Assembly (NCBI GenBank): GCA_012519025.1
Contig: JAAYQZ010000086.1
Span: forward strand, 3,447-67,446
Origin: Bacillota bacterium
GTDB taxonomy: Bacteria > Bacillota > Limnochordia > DTU087
Reading direction: 5' to 3'
DNA length: 64,000 nucleotides
A program made the position numbers and the translations under genes. The notes under the pieces were generated by a model that ran no database searches, was not told the DNA's origin, and was given only the letters and a program-made list of their open reading frames with translations. Every line of letters starts with the position of its first letter. Positions within the stretch are counted from its first letter, which is position 1. Below are positions 38,594 to 48,234 of this stretch, piece after piece.

Positions 38594-40213
38594 ATGTCAT
38601 TAAGGATACGGGACGATTTCGTCCAATTAGAATCGGAAATCGGGTCAAGCACGGCTCAAGTTGTGGCAGGTGGCACGCTGACAATTCCCAGCAGCATGCC
38701 CGCGGCTGATCGGGTTGTAAAAATGTCAGCAACTGCCCGTGTGAAAGAGTATTGGCATGAAGAAGATAGAGTCAATGTTGAAGGTGTGGTATCTGTAAAT
38801 TTGATTTATGCCGGCCAATATGATCAAGGACAGGCGTATTACGGCAGTCTACAGTCACCTGAAGTGGCAACCTTTAGCCATTTCATTGATATACCGGGTA
38901 CACTGCCGGGCATGTCATCTACTTGCACGGCGGCTGTGCTTGACCTGCAGCCGACACTGCGAAGTGATAACCGTACAGTGGATGTAGATTTTGTTTTGGA
39001 GGTATATGGTTCAGTTGTAGAAGGGAAAGAACTGGCATATTTGACTGATGTACAGCTTGGTTTCCCCGAGAAATTGGAGGTCACCAAGGACACACTGCGT
39101 TTGCAGGATGTCGTGGGAACGGGCGAGGCGCGGACCGAGCTTAAGGATGTATTGTCAATTCCCATCGGGGGGGCTCCCCCGGTGCGTGTGTTGGAGCTTG
39201 TAGGAGTCTTCCAAGCTGCGGAAAATCGGGCGGCAGTGGATCGGGCTGCAGTCACCGGTACAATGAGTTACAAGGCACTTTGTGCAGTTATATCTGAACA
39301 GATGGAGGAAGAGCAGCTGCAGGTTTATCGATGGGATCATATCACCAGAGTGGAGCTGAATGCAGAAATACCCGGCAGCAGACCCGGTATGGTCATCAAA
39401 TTAGATCTGAAAGAACCGGCTCTGATCAATCGTGTGATAAACGACGGGCAGGCTATTGCTGTTGAAGGTGTGCAAGAGGCGCTGCTCAAGGTGGTGCAGG
39501 CAAAAGATGCAGTAGTTGTAACGAATCTAGTACCGGGGCCAGACCTCAAACTGGGAATGAGGGAGGAGTCTGTTACTGTTGACCAGGTAGAAGACAGTGT
39601 AAGTAAGGATTTGCATGTAAACGGTTCTGTTGATTTGCCGGATTCTAAACCACCGCTGGAAAGATTACTTGATGTTGAAGCCCAAGCTGTTGTCACAAAT
39701 ATTGCACTCAGCGGTGGTAGGGTGAATGTCAGTGGTTACTTGGATCTGACCGCGTTGTACGTTGCCCGCACAGATGATTTTACCCAACCGGCGTACTATG
39801 CCAACTGGAACTATGCTGAAACGTTTGAAACGGGATTTAGTATGCCGGCACTTTCCGCAGATACGAATTTCGAAGCAGAAGCCAAAGTCTTGAACGTGCA
39901 AGGGGAGCCCCTCAGTCGCGAAACTATTGGTTTTAACGTCTCACTCAAAGTTAAGTGCCAGACAAAAGAGGCAGTCACTAAAAGCATCATAACAGAAGCA
40001 GTGGAACTTAGACATTTTGCCGGTAGATATCCCACATATACGAGTGTTACTATCCAGGCCGATGACACCCTTTGGCAACTTGCGACCAAATATGGAGTGA
40101 CAACAGAAGCATTGCTTGAGCAAAACCCCATTTTGGCTGAGTTGGATGATTACAGTGTCCTCCCCGTCGGCAATAAAATACTAATCAGCAAACAAGGCTC
40201 CGCTTTGGTCTGA
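38594..40213 (+). CDS. DUF3794-domain protein with C-terminal LysM (SipL/SpoVID-like coat morphogenetic protein). The real start is probably ATG at 38594 after AAAGGGGG
   Basis: Repetitive beta-rich domains, then a C-terminal LysM (YTSVTIQADDTLWQLATKYGVTTEALLEQNP...). Confidence 0.5.
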   Translation: MSLRIRDDFVQLESEIGSSTAQVVAGGTLTIPSSMPAADRVVKMSATARVKEYWHEEDRVNVEGVVSVNLIYAGQYDQGQAYYGSLQSPEVATFSHFIDIPGTLPGMSSTCTAAVLDLQPTLRSDNRTVDVDFVLEVYGSVVEGKELAYLTDVQLGFPEKLEVTKDTLRLQDVVGTGEARTELKDVLSIPIGGAPPVRVLELVGVFQAAENRAAVDRAAVTGTMSYKALCAVISEQMEEEQLQVYRWDHITRVELNAEIPGSRPGMVIKLDLKEPALINRVINDGQAIAVEGVQEALLKVVQAKDAVVVTNLVPGPDLKLGMREESVTVDQVEDSVSKDLHVNGSVDLPDSKPPLERLLDVEAQAVVTNIALSGGRVNVSGYLDLTALYVARTDDFTQPAYYANWNYAETFETGFSMPALSADTNFEAEAKVLNVQGEPLSRETIGFNVSLKVKCQTKEAVTKSIITEAVELRHFAGRYPTYTSVTIQADDTLWQLATKYGVTTEALLEQNPILAELDDYSVLPVGNKILISKQGSALV

Positions 40214-40390
40214 GGCTTCCCAGCATGTGTACTATTTGGCCATAGATTACTGCCGGGGCATGGCTGCACCGGCAGTGATCCCTTTGGCCTATTTTGTGCA
40301 GGCTTATCCTTCAATTTGGGCATAATCTATAGGTGAATAACCTATACTACAGACTACGGACAATCAGTGCAAACCAAGGAGGGGATAGCC

Positions 40391-41329
40391 GTGGGTTTGG
40401 AATCAACACCCGACGGGGGCGGCCCAGACAACGCCAATCGTATGTACACAGAAGAAGAGGATCGTTTAATATTGACCAAATGGTGGAACACAAAACTTAG
40501 ACCGGAGTTGTCCAAGGAGTTAGGCAGAACAGAGGCAGCCTTGGCACAGCGGTTTTACTCTATATTAAAGAAAGAAGGGCTTGACCCCAAAGCTTACAGG
40601 CAGAGGATGAAACAGCAAACCGGTAAACGCCACTTGGTCTCGACACAAATCGGGGAACGTCCTTGGACCCGGGAAGAGGATATCGCCCTCTGGCGGCATA
40701 TCAAAGGCGGAGGTTCCCTGGACGCTGATTTTGCGATTTTGATGGATCGCAATTTAGCCCAATTGGAAGAGCGATATGAAGTGCTCAAACGAGCCAATGA
40801 CATCCAGTCGGCACCGCTGCCACCGGATGCTGAACCGACAGTTGAAAAGCCTGCCGAACAAGAGACCGGTTTGACGGCTGAGGTACCCGTAGAGCAAGAA
40901 CCGGAGGACTTCTTAAAGGCTCTCAAGGAATTTCCAATGCAAGCGAACCAGTTGAGCCACCGTATGGATGCAGTGGAAAATGATGTGAAATATGTCAAGG
41001 GTAATATTCAGTTTGCGTTGGAAAATCTCGCCAAAGGTCTTCAGCATCTTGCAGGGTATCTCACAGAACAAGATCAGGATTTTGACGCTTTTGAGACCAT
41101 TAAGCGCGAAAATCAAATGCTGCGCGATGAGGTTGCGGAGTTAAAGCAGCGCACAGAGCGGGAAAAGAAGGAACTGCGCCAGGTTTACAGCGAACTGGAG
41201 TTTTGGCTTAGTGAATTTATGGAAATGCGAAAGATCGAAAAAGTAGCTAATCTGGGAGAATTAATTCCCAAACTAAAATACTCCTATGATCGGTTTGGAG
41301 TTTTGCTTCATATCGAACGCGAAGCTTAA
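40391..41329 (+). CDS. RsfA-like Myb/SANT-domain sporulation regulator with a C-terminal coiled coil. GTG start after AAGGAGGGG
   Basis: Two Myb-like repeats (YTEEEDRLILTKWW, PWTREEDIALWRHI), then a long acidic coiled-coil region. Confidence 0.5.
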   Translation: MGLESTPDGGGPDNANRMYTEEEDRLILTKWWNTKLRPELSKELGRTEAALAQRFYSILKKEGLDPKAYRQRMKQQTGKRHLVSTQIGERPWTREEDIALWRHIKGGGSLDADFAILMDRNLAQLEERYEVLKRANDIQSAPLPPDAEPTVEKPAEQETGLTAEVPVEQEPEDFLKALKEFPMQANQLSHRMDAVENDVKYVKGNIQFALENLAKGLQHLAGYLTEQDQDFDAFETIKRENQMLRDEVAELKQRTEREKKELRQVYSELEFWLSEFMEMRKIEKVANLGELIPKLKYSYDRFGVLLHIEREA

Positions 41330-41372
41330 TGCCCGGCGGGGAATATGCGGTAGTACTGAATTGGAAAGATTT

Positions 41373-41406
41373 GCCCTGGAGTTTATACGCCAGGGTTTTG
41401 CTTTTG
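41373..41406 (+). terminator. Rho-independent terminator after the RsfA-like gene
   Basis: CCCTGG ... CCAGGG stem followed by TTTTGCTTTTG. Confidence 0.5.
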
Positions 41407-41475
41407 CAGGATTTTTAGCGGAGGTGAAGAAAAACCTATAGATATTCCAGCGGCCGGAAGAGAGGAGATTTAATT

Positions 41476-42663
41476 TTGCAAAAGTGGAAAAACCCAACAC
41501 TTGGTATTATACTACTATTTATCATTCTAGCTTTTTCAAATCATGCATGGGCATTATCCGCTGATGATCTTGACGTGGAAGCGGCGATCCTACTGGTGGC
41601 AGACACCGGCCAGATTTTAGTAGCAAAGAATATTGATAAACAGATGGAGCCTGCCAGTATTACTAAGGTCATGACGATGTTGCTCGCGCTAGAAGCAGTA
41701 GAACGGGGCGAAAGTGCTCTTACCGACGAAATTCGGGTGAGCCCGGAAGCTGAGGCCATAGGCGGGTCACAGGTTTGGCTGCGGGCCGGGGAAGTCTTTA
41801 CTTTAGAGGAAATGCTCAAAGCTGTTGCTATTCAGTCCGCTAATGATGCCGCCTATGCTGTTGCAGAGCATGTTGCGGGATCAGTGCCTGCTTTTGTCAG
41901 ATTGATGAACCGAAGGGCAACCGAGTTAGGCATGGATGATACCTATTTCGCCAATGTGCACGGTTTGCCCGCGGAAAATGGTGAAGAGCCGAGCTTGACC
42001 ACTGTTGAAGACATAACAAAGATGACTAGGGCTATTTTGGAATATCCTGTTGTATTAAAATGGACTTCTACTTGGCGCGAAGTTTTCCGCTCCAATGAAC
42101 CCCAAACTATTTTGCACAACACAAATTATTTGTTAAGAGATTATCCCGGTGTTGACGGTTTAAAAACAGGCCACACAAATAATGCTGGTTACTGTCTTGT
42201 TGCCACTGCAGAACGTGATGATTTGCGGCTGATTTCAGTGGTAATGAATGCAAGTAGTGATACGATCCGAAGAAGGGACTCTCGCCGGCTGTTTGATTAT
42301 GGGTTTAAAGGATTTATAAGTCAAAATCTAGTACCAAAAGGGACAGTGATTGGAGAATCCCTCGTTAAAAATGGTCGACCGGAGCGGGTAAACTTAGTGG
42401 CTGTGGCAGATTTAGCGGCTTTGATCGAAAAAGGTTCTGCCAATGAATGGGGTTTTGAAATTGAGTTGAAGCCGGGCTTGGCGGCACCTTTGGCGGCAGG
42501 AGAGATTATTGGCTACCTTGCGGCCCAAGAAAAAGGATTGGAGCTTGGTCGCGTACCTGTGACCGTACAGGCGGATGTCAAGGTCGCTAATGGACTGATC
42601 CGGTTGTGGAGATGGATTCGGGATACCACTAAATCTTTTGTAAAAGTTGGAGACTCGGTATAA
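41476..42663 (+). CDS. Serine-type D-Ala-D-Ala carboxypeptidase (PBP5 family; DacF/DacB-like), secreted
   Basis: Signal peptide. SxxK motif (SITK), SxN motif (SAND) and KTG motif (KTGHT). Confidence 0.8.
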   Translation: MQKWKNPTLGIILLFIILAFSNHAWALSADDLDVEAAILLVADTGQILVAKNIDKQMEPASITKVMTMLLALEAVERGESALTDEIRVSPEAEAIGGSQVWLRAGEVFTLEEMLKAVAIQSANDAAYAVAEHVAGSVPAFVRLMNRRATELGMDDTYFANVHGLPAENGEEPSLTTVEDITKMTRAILEYPVVLKWTSTWREVFRSNEPQTILHNTNYLLRDYPGVDGLKTGHTNNAGYCLVATAERDDLRLISVVMNASSDTIRRRDSRRLFDYGFKGFISQNLVPKGTVIGESLVKNGRPERVNLVAVADLAALIEKGSANEWGFEIELKPGLAAPLAAGEIIGYLAAQEKGLELGRVPVTVQADVKVANGLIRLWRWIRDTTKSFVKVGDSV

Positions 42664-42691
42664 AAAGGAGTGAGCAGCAATAGGACGTTTT

Positions 42692-43624
42692 TTGATAAAG
42701 GCACCGGCCAAAATCAATCTTGCCTTGGAGGTCCAAGGGCAAAGACCTGATGGGTATCATGATATCCATTCAATTATGCAGTCGGTGCGTCTGCATGATG
42801 TCCTGGTATTGGAAAACCGTCCTATAGGGTTGTCTGTGGATTGTATACCGGGAAATCCAGTAGAACAAGGTGCAGAACTTTATACGGGTCCCGAGACCTT
42901 GGTTATGCCTCCGTCTGACAAACACAACATAGTCTGGAAAGCCGCGCAGCTGTTGATGGAAGCCACAGGTATATCCCAAGGATTGCATATTACTATAAAA
43001 AAGGCTGTTCCGTTGGCTGCAGGTTTGGGGGGCGGCAGTTCTGATGCTGCGGCGGTATTGCGTGGGCTCAATGAATTTTGGGAGTTAGGTCTATCTTTGG
43101 ACGAACTGATACAAATTGGCCGTCAAGTAGGAGCCGATGTGCCATATTGTATAGTGGGCGGATGTGCTGAAGTTCGAGGTATAGGAGAGGTGGTGGCGCC
43201 GCTGCCGCCGCCGTCCCGGTGGTCGGTTATTTTGATTAACCCACCTGCCGCTGTATCAACAGCTTCCTGCTATCGCGCCTATGATAAGTTGCCCTACCCC
43301 GTCTTTGTGGATGTAGATCGGTTGAAACGAGCTTTGATAGATCAAGACATTAGCGAAACAGCAGAATCCCTGGGAAATTCACTTGAGGCAGTTACACTGC
43401 AAAAACTGCCCGAGGTGGCTCGGTTGAAACAGCTTTTACTGGATTTTGGTGTGCTGGGTGCATTAATGAGCGGCAGTGGTCCAACATTGTTTGGCTTGGC
43501 CCGAACCAAGGAGCATGCCGAGGTGGTTTTTTCAAAGCTTGAATGTAAATTAAAGCAGGAGCAGCAAAGGGAAATGACTAAGGTGTATTTGACGGAATTC
43601 GTCGGACCGGAGATATTCTCCTAG
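42692..43624 (+). CDS. ispE: 4-diphosphocytidyl-2-C-methyl-D-erythritol kinase
   Basis: APAKINLALEV N-terminus and GHMP kinase motif PLAAGLGGGSSDAAA. Confidence 0.85.
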   Translation: MIKAPAKINLALEVQGQRPDGYHDIHSIMQSVRLHDVLVLENRPIGLSVDCIPGNPVEQGAELYTGPETLVMPPSDKHNIVWKAAQLLMEATGISQGLHITIKKAVPLAAGLGGGSSDAAAVLRGLNEFWELGLSLDELIQIGRQVGADVPYCIVGGCAEVRGIGEVVAPLPPPSRWSVILINPPAAVSTASCYRAYDKLPYPVFVDVDRLKRALIDQDISETAESLGNSLEAVTLQKLPEVARLKQLLLDFGVLGALMSGSGPTLFGLARTKEHAEVVFSKLECKLKQEQQREMTKVYLTEFVGPEIFS

Positions 43625-43649
43625 TATAGCGGAAAGGAGCGCTCTTGGC

Positions 43650-44348
43650 ATGGAAAAAAGACGACTGGCACCCATCGAATTGGATACTTATAAGCCGCTG
43701 CGGGATATAGTGTTTGAGGCGCTACGGGATGCAATCATTGCCGGCCAGCTGCGCCCCGGTGAACGCCTGATGGAAGTACAAATTGCTGATGAGCTCGGCG
43801 TTAGTCGCACTCCTGTGCGAGAAGCGATACGCAAATTGGAGTTGGAAGAATTTGTTGTAATGGTGCCTCGCAAAGGTGCTTATGTGGCGGGTATTTCCAT
43901 CAAAGATATTGTTGATGTTTTTGAGATCCGCCGAGCATTGGAGGGTCTTGCAGCTGAATTAGCGGCTGAGCGCATGACCGAGGCCGAGATAGACAAATTA
44001 GAGCAAATCGTAGATAAAACAGCCGAGACCGCCAAGCAGCTTGATGTGGTGTCTGCTGTAGATATGGATACAGGATTTCATGAAGTGCTGTACGAAGCAA
44101 GCCGCAACCAACGCTTAAGCGGTATGTTGTACCATTTACGGGAACAGATTCATCGATTTAGAACACAATCTTTGGGAAGGCCTGGGCGCTTGGAAATAGT
44201 TGTCATTGAACACAGAGGACTTGTTCAAGCGCTGCGTGATCGCAAACCGTGCCTGGCAAGGGAATTGGCAGAGGCACATATTGAAAATGCCGAAAGCGAA
44301 TTGCTGGATGTGTTCCAAGAAGAATTGAAAGAGGAAGAAGAATCATGA
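43650..44348 (+). CDS. GntR-family transcriptional regulator (FadR/FCD subfamily)
   Basis: wHTH motif LMEVQIADELGVSRTPVREAIRKLE. C-terminal FCD-like helical domain. Confidence 0.8.
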   Translation: MEKRRLAPIELDTYKPLRDIVFEALRDAIIAGQLRPGERLMEVQIADELGVSRTPVREAIRKLELEEFVVMVPRKGAYVAGISIKDIVDVFEIRRALEGLAAELAAERMTEAEIDKLEQIVDKTAETAKQLDVVSAVDMDTGFHEVLYEASRNQRLSGMLYHLREQIHRFRTQSLGRPGRLEIVVIEHRGLVQALRDRKPCLARELAEAHIENAESELLDVFQEELKEEEES

Positions 44349-45160
44349 TCCCGGTTGATGCGGTGGTGTTGGCAGGTGCAAGAAATACCGGCCGGTTGCG
44401 GGAAATGGATGGCAGCTGCTATGAAGCCAGTATTGACATAGCAGGGCGCCCAATGGCACACTATGTTTTGGATGCACTGGCGGCAGTCCCGGAGATCCAA
44501 CGCATCATGGTTGTGGCCCCACCGGGGATCTTATCGTATGAACCCCGCTGTCGGCAGGACAAAATTTACTTTACTGAGGCCGGGGAGGGTCTCCTGGAAA
44601 ACATACGAAGGGGCATAGATGCCTTAGGGACCTGTGAGAAGGTGCTAATAGTTACATCAGATATCCCGCTATTGAATCCTAAAGCGGTCTCGGACTTTAT
44701 CTTGCGTTGTCGAGGCCGGGAAGCAGATGTCTACTACCCGATTATCAGCAGAGATGTCAGCGATCACGAATTCCCCGGAGTGAAACGAACGTATTTTAGG
44801 CTGCGGGAGGGTGTGTTTACTGGGGGAAATATGGCTTTAGTCTCACCGTCAGTCTTTCAAATTTACCAACCGAAGATAGAGCAGGCCATCTCCATGCGCA
44901 AAAATCCCTTAAAGCTCAGCCGACTTTTGGGATTGAAATTCATCGTCAAGTTTGTTTTGAAGCAGTTGAGCCTTGGTGAAATTGAGTCGCGTGTAGAAGA
45001 CATAATGCAGTTTAGAGGTGTAGGCGTTATCTCACCTTACCCACAAGTAAGTATTGATGTCGACAAACCTAGTGATTTGCAGTTGGCCCGCCAGGTGTTG
45101 GAGGCATCAGGGGGAACTACCGATGAAGGTGTGACTTGCACCGAGATACATTACCACTGA
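44345..45160 (+). CDS. MobA-like nucleotidyltransferase-fold protein of unknown specificity
   Basis: N-terminal VVLAGARNTGRL...IAGRPM resembles sugar/cofactor NTP-transferase motifs. ATGA overlap with the GntR stop. Confidence 0.45.
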   Translation: MIPVDAVVLAGARNTGRLREMDGSCYEASIDIAGRPMAHYVLDALAAVPEIQRIMVVAPPGILSYEPRCRQDKIYFTEAGEGLLENIRRGIDALGTCEKVLIVTSDIPLLNPKAVSDFILRCRGREADVYYPIISRDVSDHEFPGVKRTYFRLREGVFTGGNMALVSPSVFQIYQPKIEQAISMRKNPLKLSRLLGLKFIVKFVLKQLSLGEIESRVEDIMQFRGVGVISPYPQVSIDVDKPSDLQLARQVLEASGGTTDEGVTCTEIHYH

Positions 45161-45280
45161 GTTGCAGGTCTAGGAGCGTTTGGGTTTCGTCAAGTAAGTT
45201 AGCAGCTCTACCAACAAACCGCCAGAATAATCACCTCCTATAGGTATAAGACTAGTACTGAAACCGACAGGAGGTGAATC

Positions 45281-45505
45281 ATGGGTACTGGTCAGAAACG
45301 CAATGTCTTAGTGGTAACAGACGCGTACAACGCTATGGAACAGTTCAAGTTTGAGACAGCCAACGAGCTGGGCATTCAGGTACCAGAAGATGGATATTGG
45401 GGCCATGTTCCTTCCCGGGATTGTGGCGCAGTTGGTGGCAATATGGTGCGCAAGATGATTGCCGCAGCAGAGCAGGCCCTGATTGATCAGGCAACCTCCA
45501 ACTAA
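45281..45505 (+). CDS. Small acid-soluble spore protein, alpha/beta type
   Basis: 74 aa. SASP germination-protease-site region ..FKFETANELGIQV.. and the DNA-binding motif CGAVGGNMVRKMIAAAEQ. RBS GGAGGTG. Confidence 0.8.
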   Translation: MGTGQKRNVLVVTDAYNAMEQFKFETANELGIQVPEDGYWGHVPSRDCGAVGGNMVRKMIAAAEQALIDQATSN

Positions 45506-45674
45506 AGTGCGTTTCGAATATGTGACAATGGTTTGGTTTGACGGCCCGCCTTTTTGGCGGGCCTCATGGCGTTAAAAAGCTTTGGCAGGACTATGTGAAG
45601 GATTAACGAAATTCTACATTGGATGTTTCAGCGAAAACAAATCAAACCGCGGGCAGCGGTGGGAGGAGTTGTTT

Positions 45675-47057
45675 ATGTCAATAGTAGCAATAGTCCTGGC
45701 TGCCGGGAAAGGTACACGCATGCAGTCTGCTGTTCCCAAGGTTCTTCACCCTATCTGTGGGGTTCCCATAATTCAGCATGTGGTGAACAATTTGCGAGGT
45801 GCCGGGGTAAGGCGGATTATGGTAGTGGTGGGACCTGACGGTCTGGATGCCGATTTGGGCCCTGATATAGAATATGTAACACAACAAGAGCGGCTGGGGA
45901 CAGGGCACGCCGTTATGCAAGCCGAAAAGGCATTGACAGGATATAAAGGTTCGGTCTTGGTGCTTACAGGAGACGCGCCGCTGTATCGTGAGGAAACCCT
46001 ACGGAATTTTATTGATTATCATTCTGCACAAAGAGCCCTAGGAACAGTTCTGACAGTGGAAGTGGAAGACCCAACTGGCTACGGACGCATTATCCGTGAT
46101 GCCAACGGTCATCTTGAAAAAGTAGTGGAACAACGAGATGCGGAACCCTCCGAGAAGTTGATTAAGGAAATCAACAGTGGAAGCTTTGTTTTCGACAGTA
46201 CCGCGCTATTTAAAGCACTCGGCCACGTTACTCCGGACAACCTGCAAAAAGAATATTATCTTCCCGATGTATTGCCCATTCTCCGGAACGTGCCTGGCGG
46301 CAAAGTTGGGGTATTCAAGCATGATGCTCCTGAGGAAGCCCTAGGTATCAATGATCGAATACAGTTAGCCGAAGCAGAACGGATTTTGCGGGACCGCCTG
46401 CGGGAAAAGTGGTTGCTGGCCGGTGTTACTTTAGTGGATCCGGCAAATATCTACATAGATGCCGCTGCCGAAATAGCCCCTGATGCGACACTTATGCCTT
46501 TTACTTTCATAGAAGGGAATACTGTAATTGGAAGTGGTTCAGTGGTTGGCCCTTTCACTCGCCTGCAAAATGTGCAGGTGGGGGAAAACACCAGTATCTG
46601 CCAATCGACAGTAGTGGACAGCACTCTTGGTCCGGAATGTGAGATAGGTCCTTTCAGTTATATTAGGCCTGGTTCAAATCTAAAAGCCGGTGTGAAGGTA
46701 GGGCCATTCAGCGAGATTAAAAATTCCACAATCGATGAAGGCAGTAAAGTGCCCCACTTGAGCTACATTGGAGACACCGATATGGGTAAACGAGTGAATG
46801 TAGGAGCAGGTGCTATCACCTGCAATTTTGATGGGGTGGAGAAATTTCGCACCACAATCAAAGATGATGTGTTCATCGGAAGCAACAGCAACCTAGTGGC
46901 ACCAATTGAAATAGGTGCAGGTGCCTTCATTGCCGCAGGTTCCACTGTTACCGGTGATGTTTTGCCCGGCGCATTAGCGGTAGCCAGAAATCGCCAAAAG
47001 AACATCGCCGATTGGGCGCACAAAAAGGTAAAGAAACGGCGCAGCGAAGAGGAGTAG
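45675..47057 (+). CDS. glmU: Bifunctional UDP-N-acetylglucosamine pyrophosphorylase / glucosamine-1-phosphate acetyltransferase. The ATG after GGGAGGAG is chosen over the longer ORF-track start
   Basis: N-terminus VAIVLAAGKGTRM and a C-terminal left-handed beta-helix with hexapeptide repeats. Confidence 0.9.
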   Translation: MSIVAIVLAAGKGTRMQSAVPKVLHPICGVPIIQHVVNNLRGAGVRRIMVVVGPDGLDADLGPDIEYVTQQERLGTGHAVMQAEKALTGYKGSVLVLTGDAPLYREETLRNFIDYHSAQRALGTVLTVEVEDPTGYGRIIRDANGHLEKVVEQRDAEPSEKLIKEINSGSFVFDSTALFKALGHVTPDNLQKEYYLPDVLPILRNVPGGKVGVFKHDAPEEALGINDRIQLAEAERILRDRLREKWLLAGVTLVDPANIYIDAAAEIAPDATLMPFTFIEGNTVIGSGSVVGPFTRLQNVQVGENTSICQSTVVDSTLGPECEIGPFSYIRPGSNLKAGVKVGPFSEIKNSTIDEGSKVPHLSYIGDTDMGKRVNVGAGAITCNFDGVEKFRTTIKDDVFIGSNSNLVAPIEIGAGAFIAAGSTVTGDVLPGALAVARNRQKNIADWAHKKVKKRRSEEE

Positions 47058-47122
47058 TGAATCTGTTCTCGAATATGTCGGGAGGATACATTCAATAATA
47101 CCTTAGAACAGGAAGTGACAAG

Positions 47123-48076
47123 TTGGCTATCAGGCACAATTATAAAAAGCTTAAAATATTTACAGGGAATGCCAACCCGGATTTAGCCCACGACATAGCT
47201 AGATACTTAGGCACCACTGTAGGCCAATCGGAAGTCAGACGGTTCAAAGATGGGGAAATCAACATCCGCATTGGTGAAACAGTCCGAGGTGCTGACGTTT
47301 TCGTGGTACAGCCCACTTCTGCACCAACAGATACCCACCTATTAGAGCTATTGATCATGATCGATGCTTTCAAAAGGGCCTCTGCCAAGGAAGTTGCCGC
47401 CGTAATTCCTTACTATGGGTATGCTCGCCAGGATAGGAAGACTCAGCCGAGGGATCCTATCAGTGCCAAATTGGTTGCCAATATTTTAACTGCCGCCGGT
47501 GCCGACCGAGTGTTGACAATGGATCTGCATGCCGGCCAGATTCAAGGATTTTTTGATATACCGGTTGATAATCTTAGGGGCATGCCTATATTGGCAGACT
47601 ATTTCCAAAGGAAGGAATTTGACGATGTAGTTGTTGTATCACCGGATGTTGGGGGAGTATCTCGGGCCAGGGAATTTGCGAATCGTCTCGATTGCTCCTT
47701 AGCCATAGTTGACAAGCGCAGACCGGCACCCAACGTTGCCGAGGCAACAAACGTTATCGGCGATATTGAAGGAAAAACTGCTATAATCATTGACGATATC
47801 ATCGATACTGCCGGTACTATTTGCGAGGCTGTCCGTGTGCTTGTGGAGCGGGGGGCAAAAGAAGTGTACGCCTGCTGCAGTCACCCCGTATTATCGCCAC
47901 CGGCAACAGAGCGATTAGCCGAATCCCCTGTAAAGGAAGTGGTTGTGACTAATAGTATTCCTCTACCGGCGGAAAAGCAGCTTGAAAAGGTAAAAGTCCT
48001 TTCGGTTGCATCACTGTTTGGTGAGGCTATCCGCAGGATTTTCGAGGAATTGTCGGTAAGCAAGCTGTTTGACTAA
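47123..48076 (+). CDS. prs: Ribose-phosphate pyrophosphokinase
   Basis: KIFTGNANP.LA..IA, the PRPP-binding motif IIIDDIIDTAGT, and DLHA. Confidence 0.92.
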   Translation: MAIRHNYKKLKIFTGNANPDLAHDIARYLGTTVGQSEVRRFKDGEINIRIGETVRGADVFVVQPTSAPTDTHLLELLIMIDAFKRASAKEVAAVIPYYGYARQDRKTQPRDPISAKLVANILTAAGADRVLTMDLHAGQIQGFFDIPVDNLRGMPILADYFQRKEFDDVVVVSPDVGGVSRAREFANRLDCSLAIVDKRRPAPNVAEATNVIGDIEGKTAIIIDDIIDTAGTICEAVRVLVERGAKEVYACCSHPVLSPPATERLAESPVKEVVVTNSIPLPAEKQLEKVKVLSVASLFGEAIRRIFEELSVSKLFD

Positions 48077-48134
48077 GAAGCGGCTGGTGAGTTGTATCCA
48101 GCCAAAGGGAAAGTCCCGTGGGAAAGTGCGTTTG

Positions 48135-48163
48135 TTGACCGGTTCCGGTGTCAATGATATAAT
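48135..48163 (+). promoter_or_regulatory. SigA-type promoter upstream of ctc/rplY
   Basis: TTGACC, a 17-nt spacer, then TATAAT. Confidence 0.5.
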
Positions 48164-48234
48164 ATCATAGCTAAAGGTGGATGCATCTACCTATTTTTGT
48201 AAAGTTGTTTGCTAATTAAGGGAGGACACAACGT

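Noticed and set aside
38839-40131. Several 60-140 aa minus-strand ORFs inside the DUF3794/LysM gene, and similar antisense ORFs inside mfd, gcvPB, lonC and the ABC-F gene
   Set aside because: They are fully embedded antisense to long, well-supported genes, lack an RBS, and have low-complexity translations typical of spurious ORFs.
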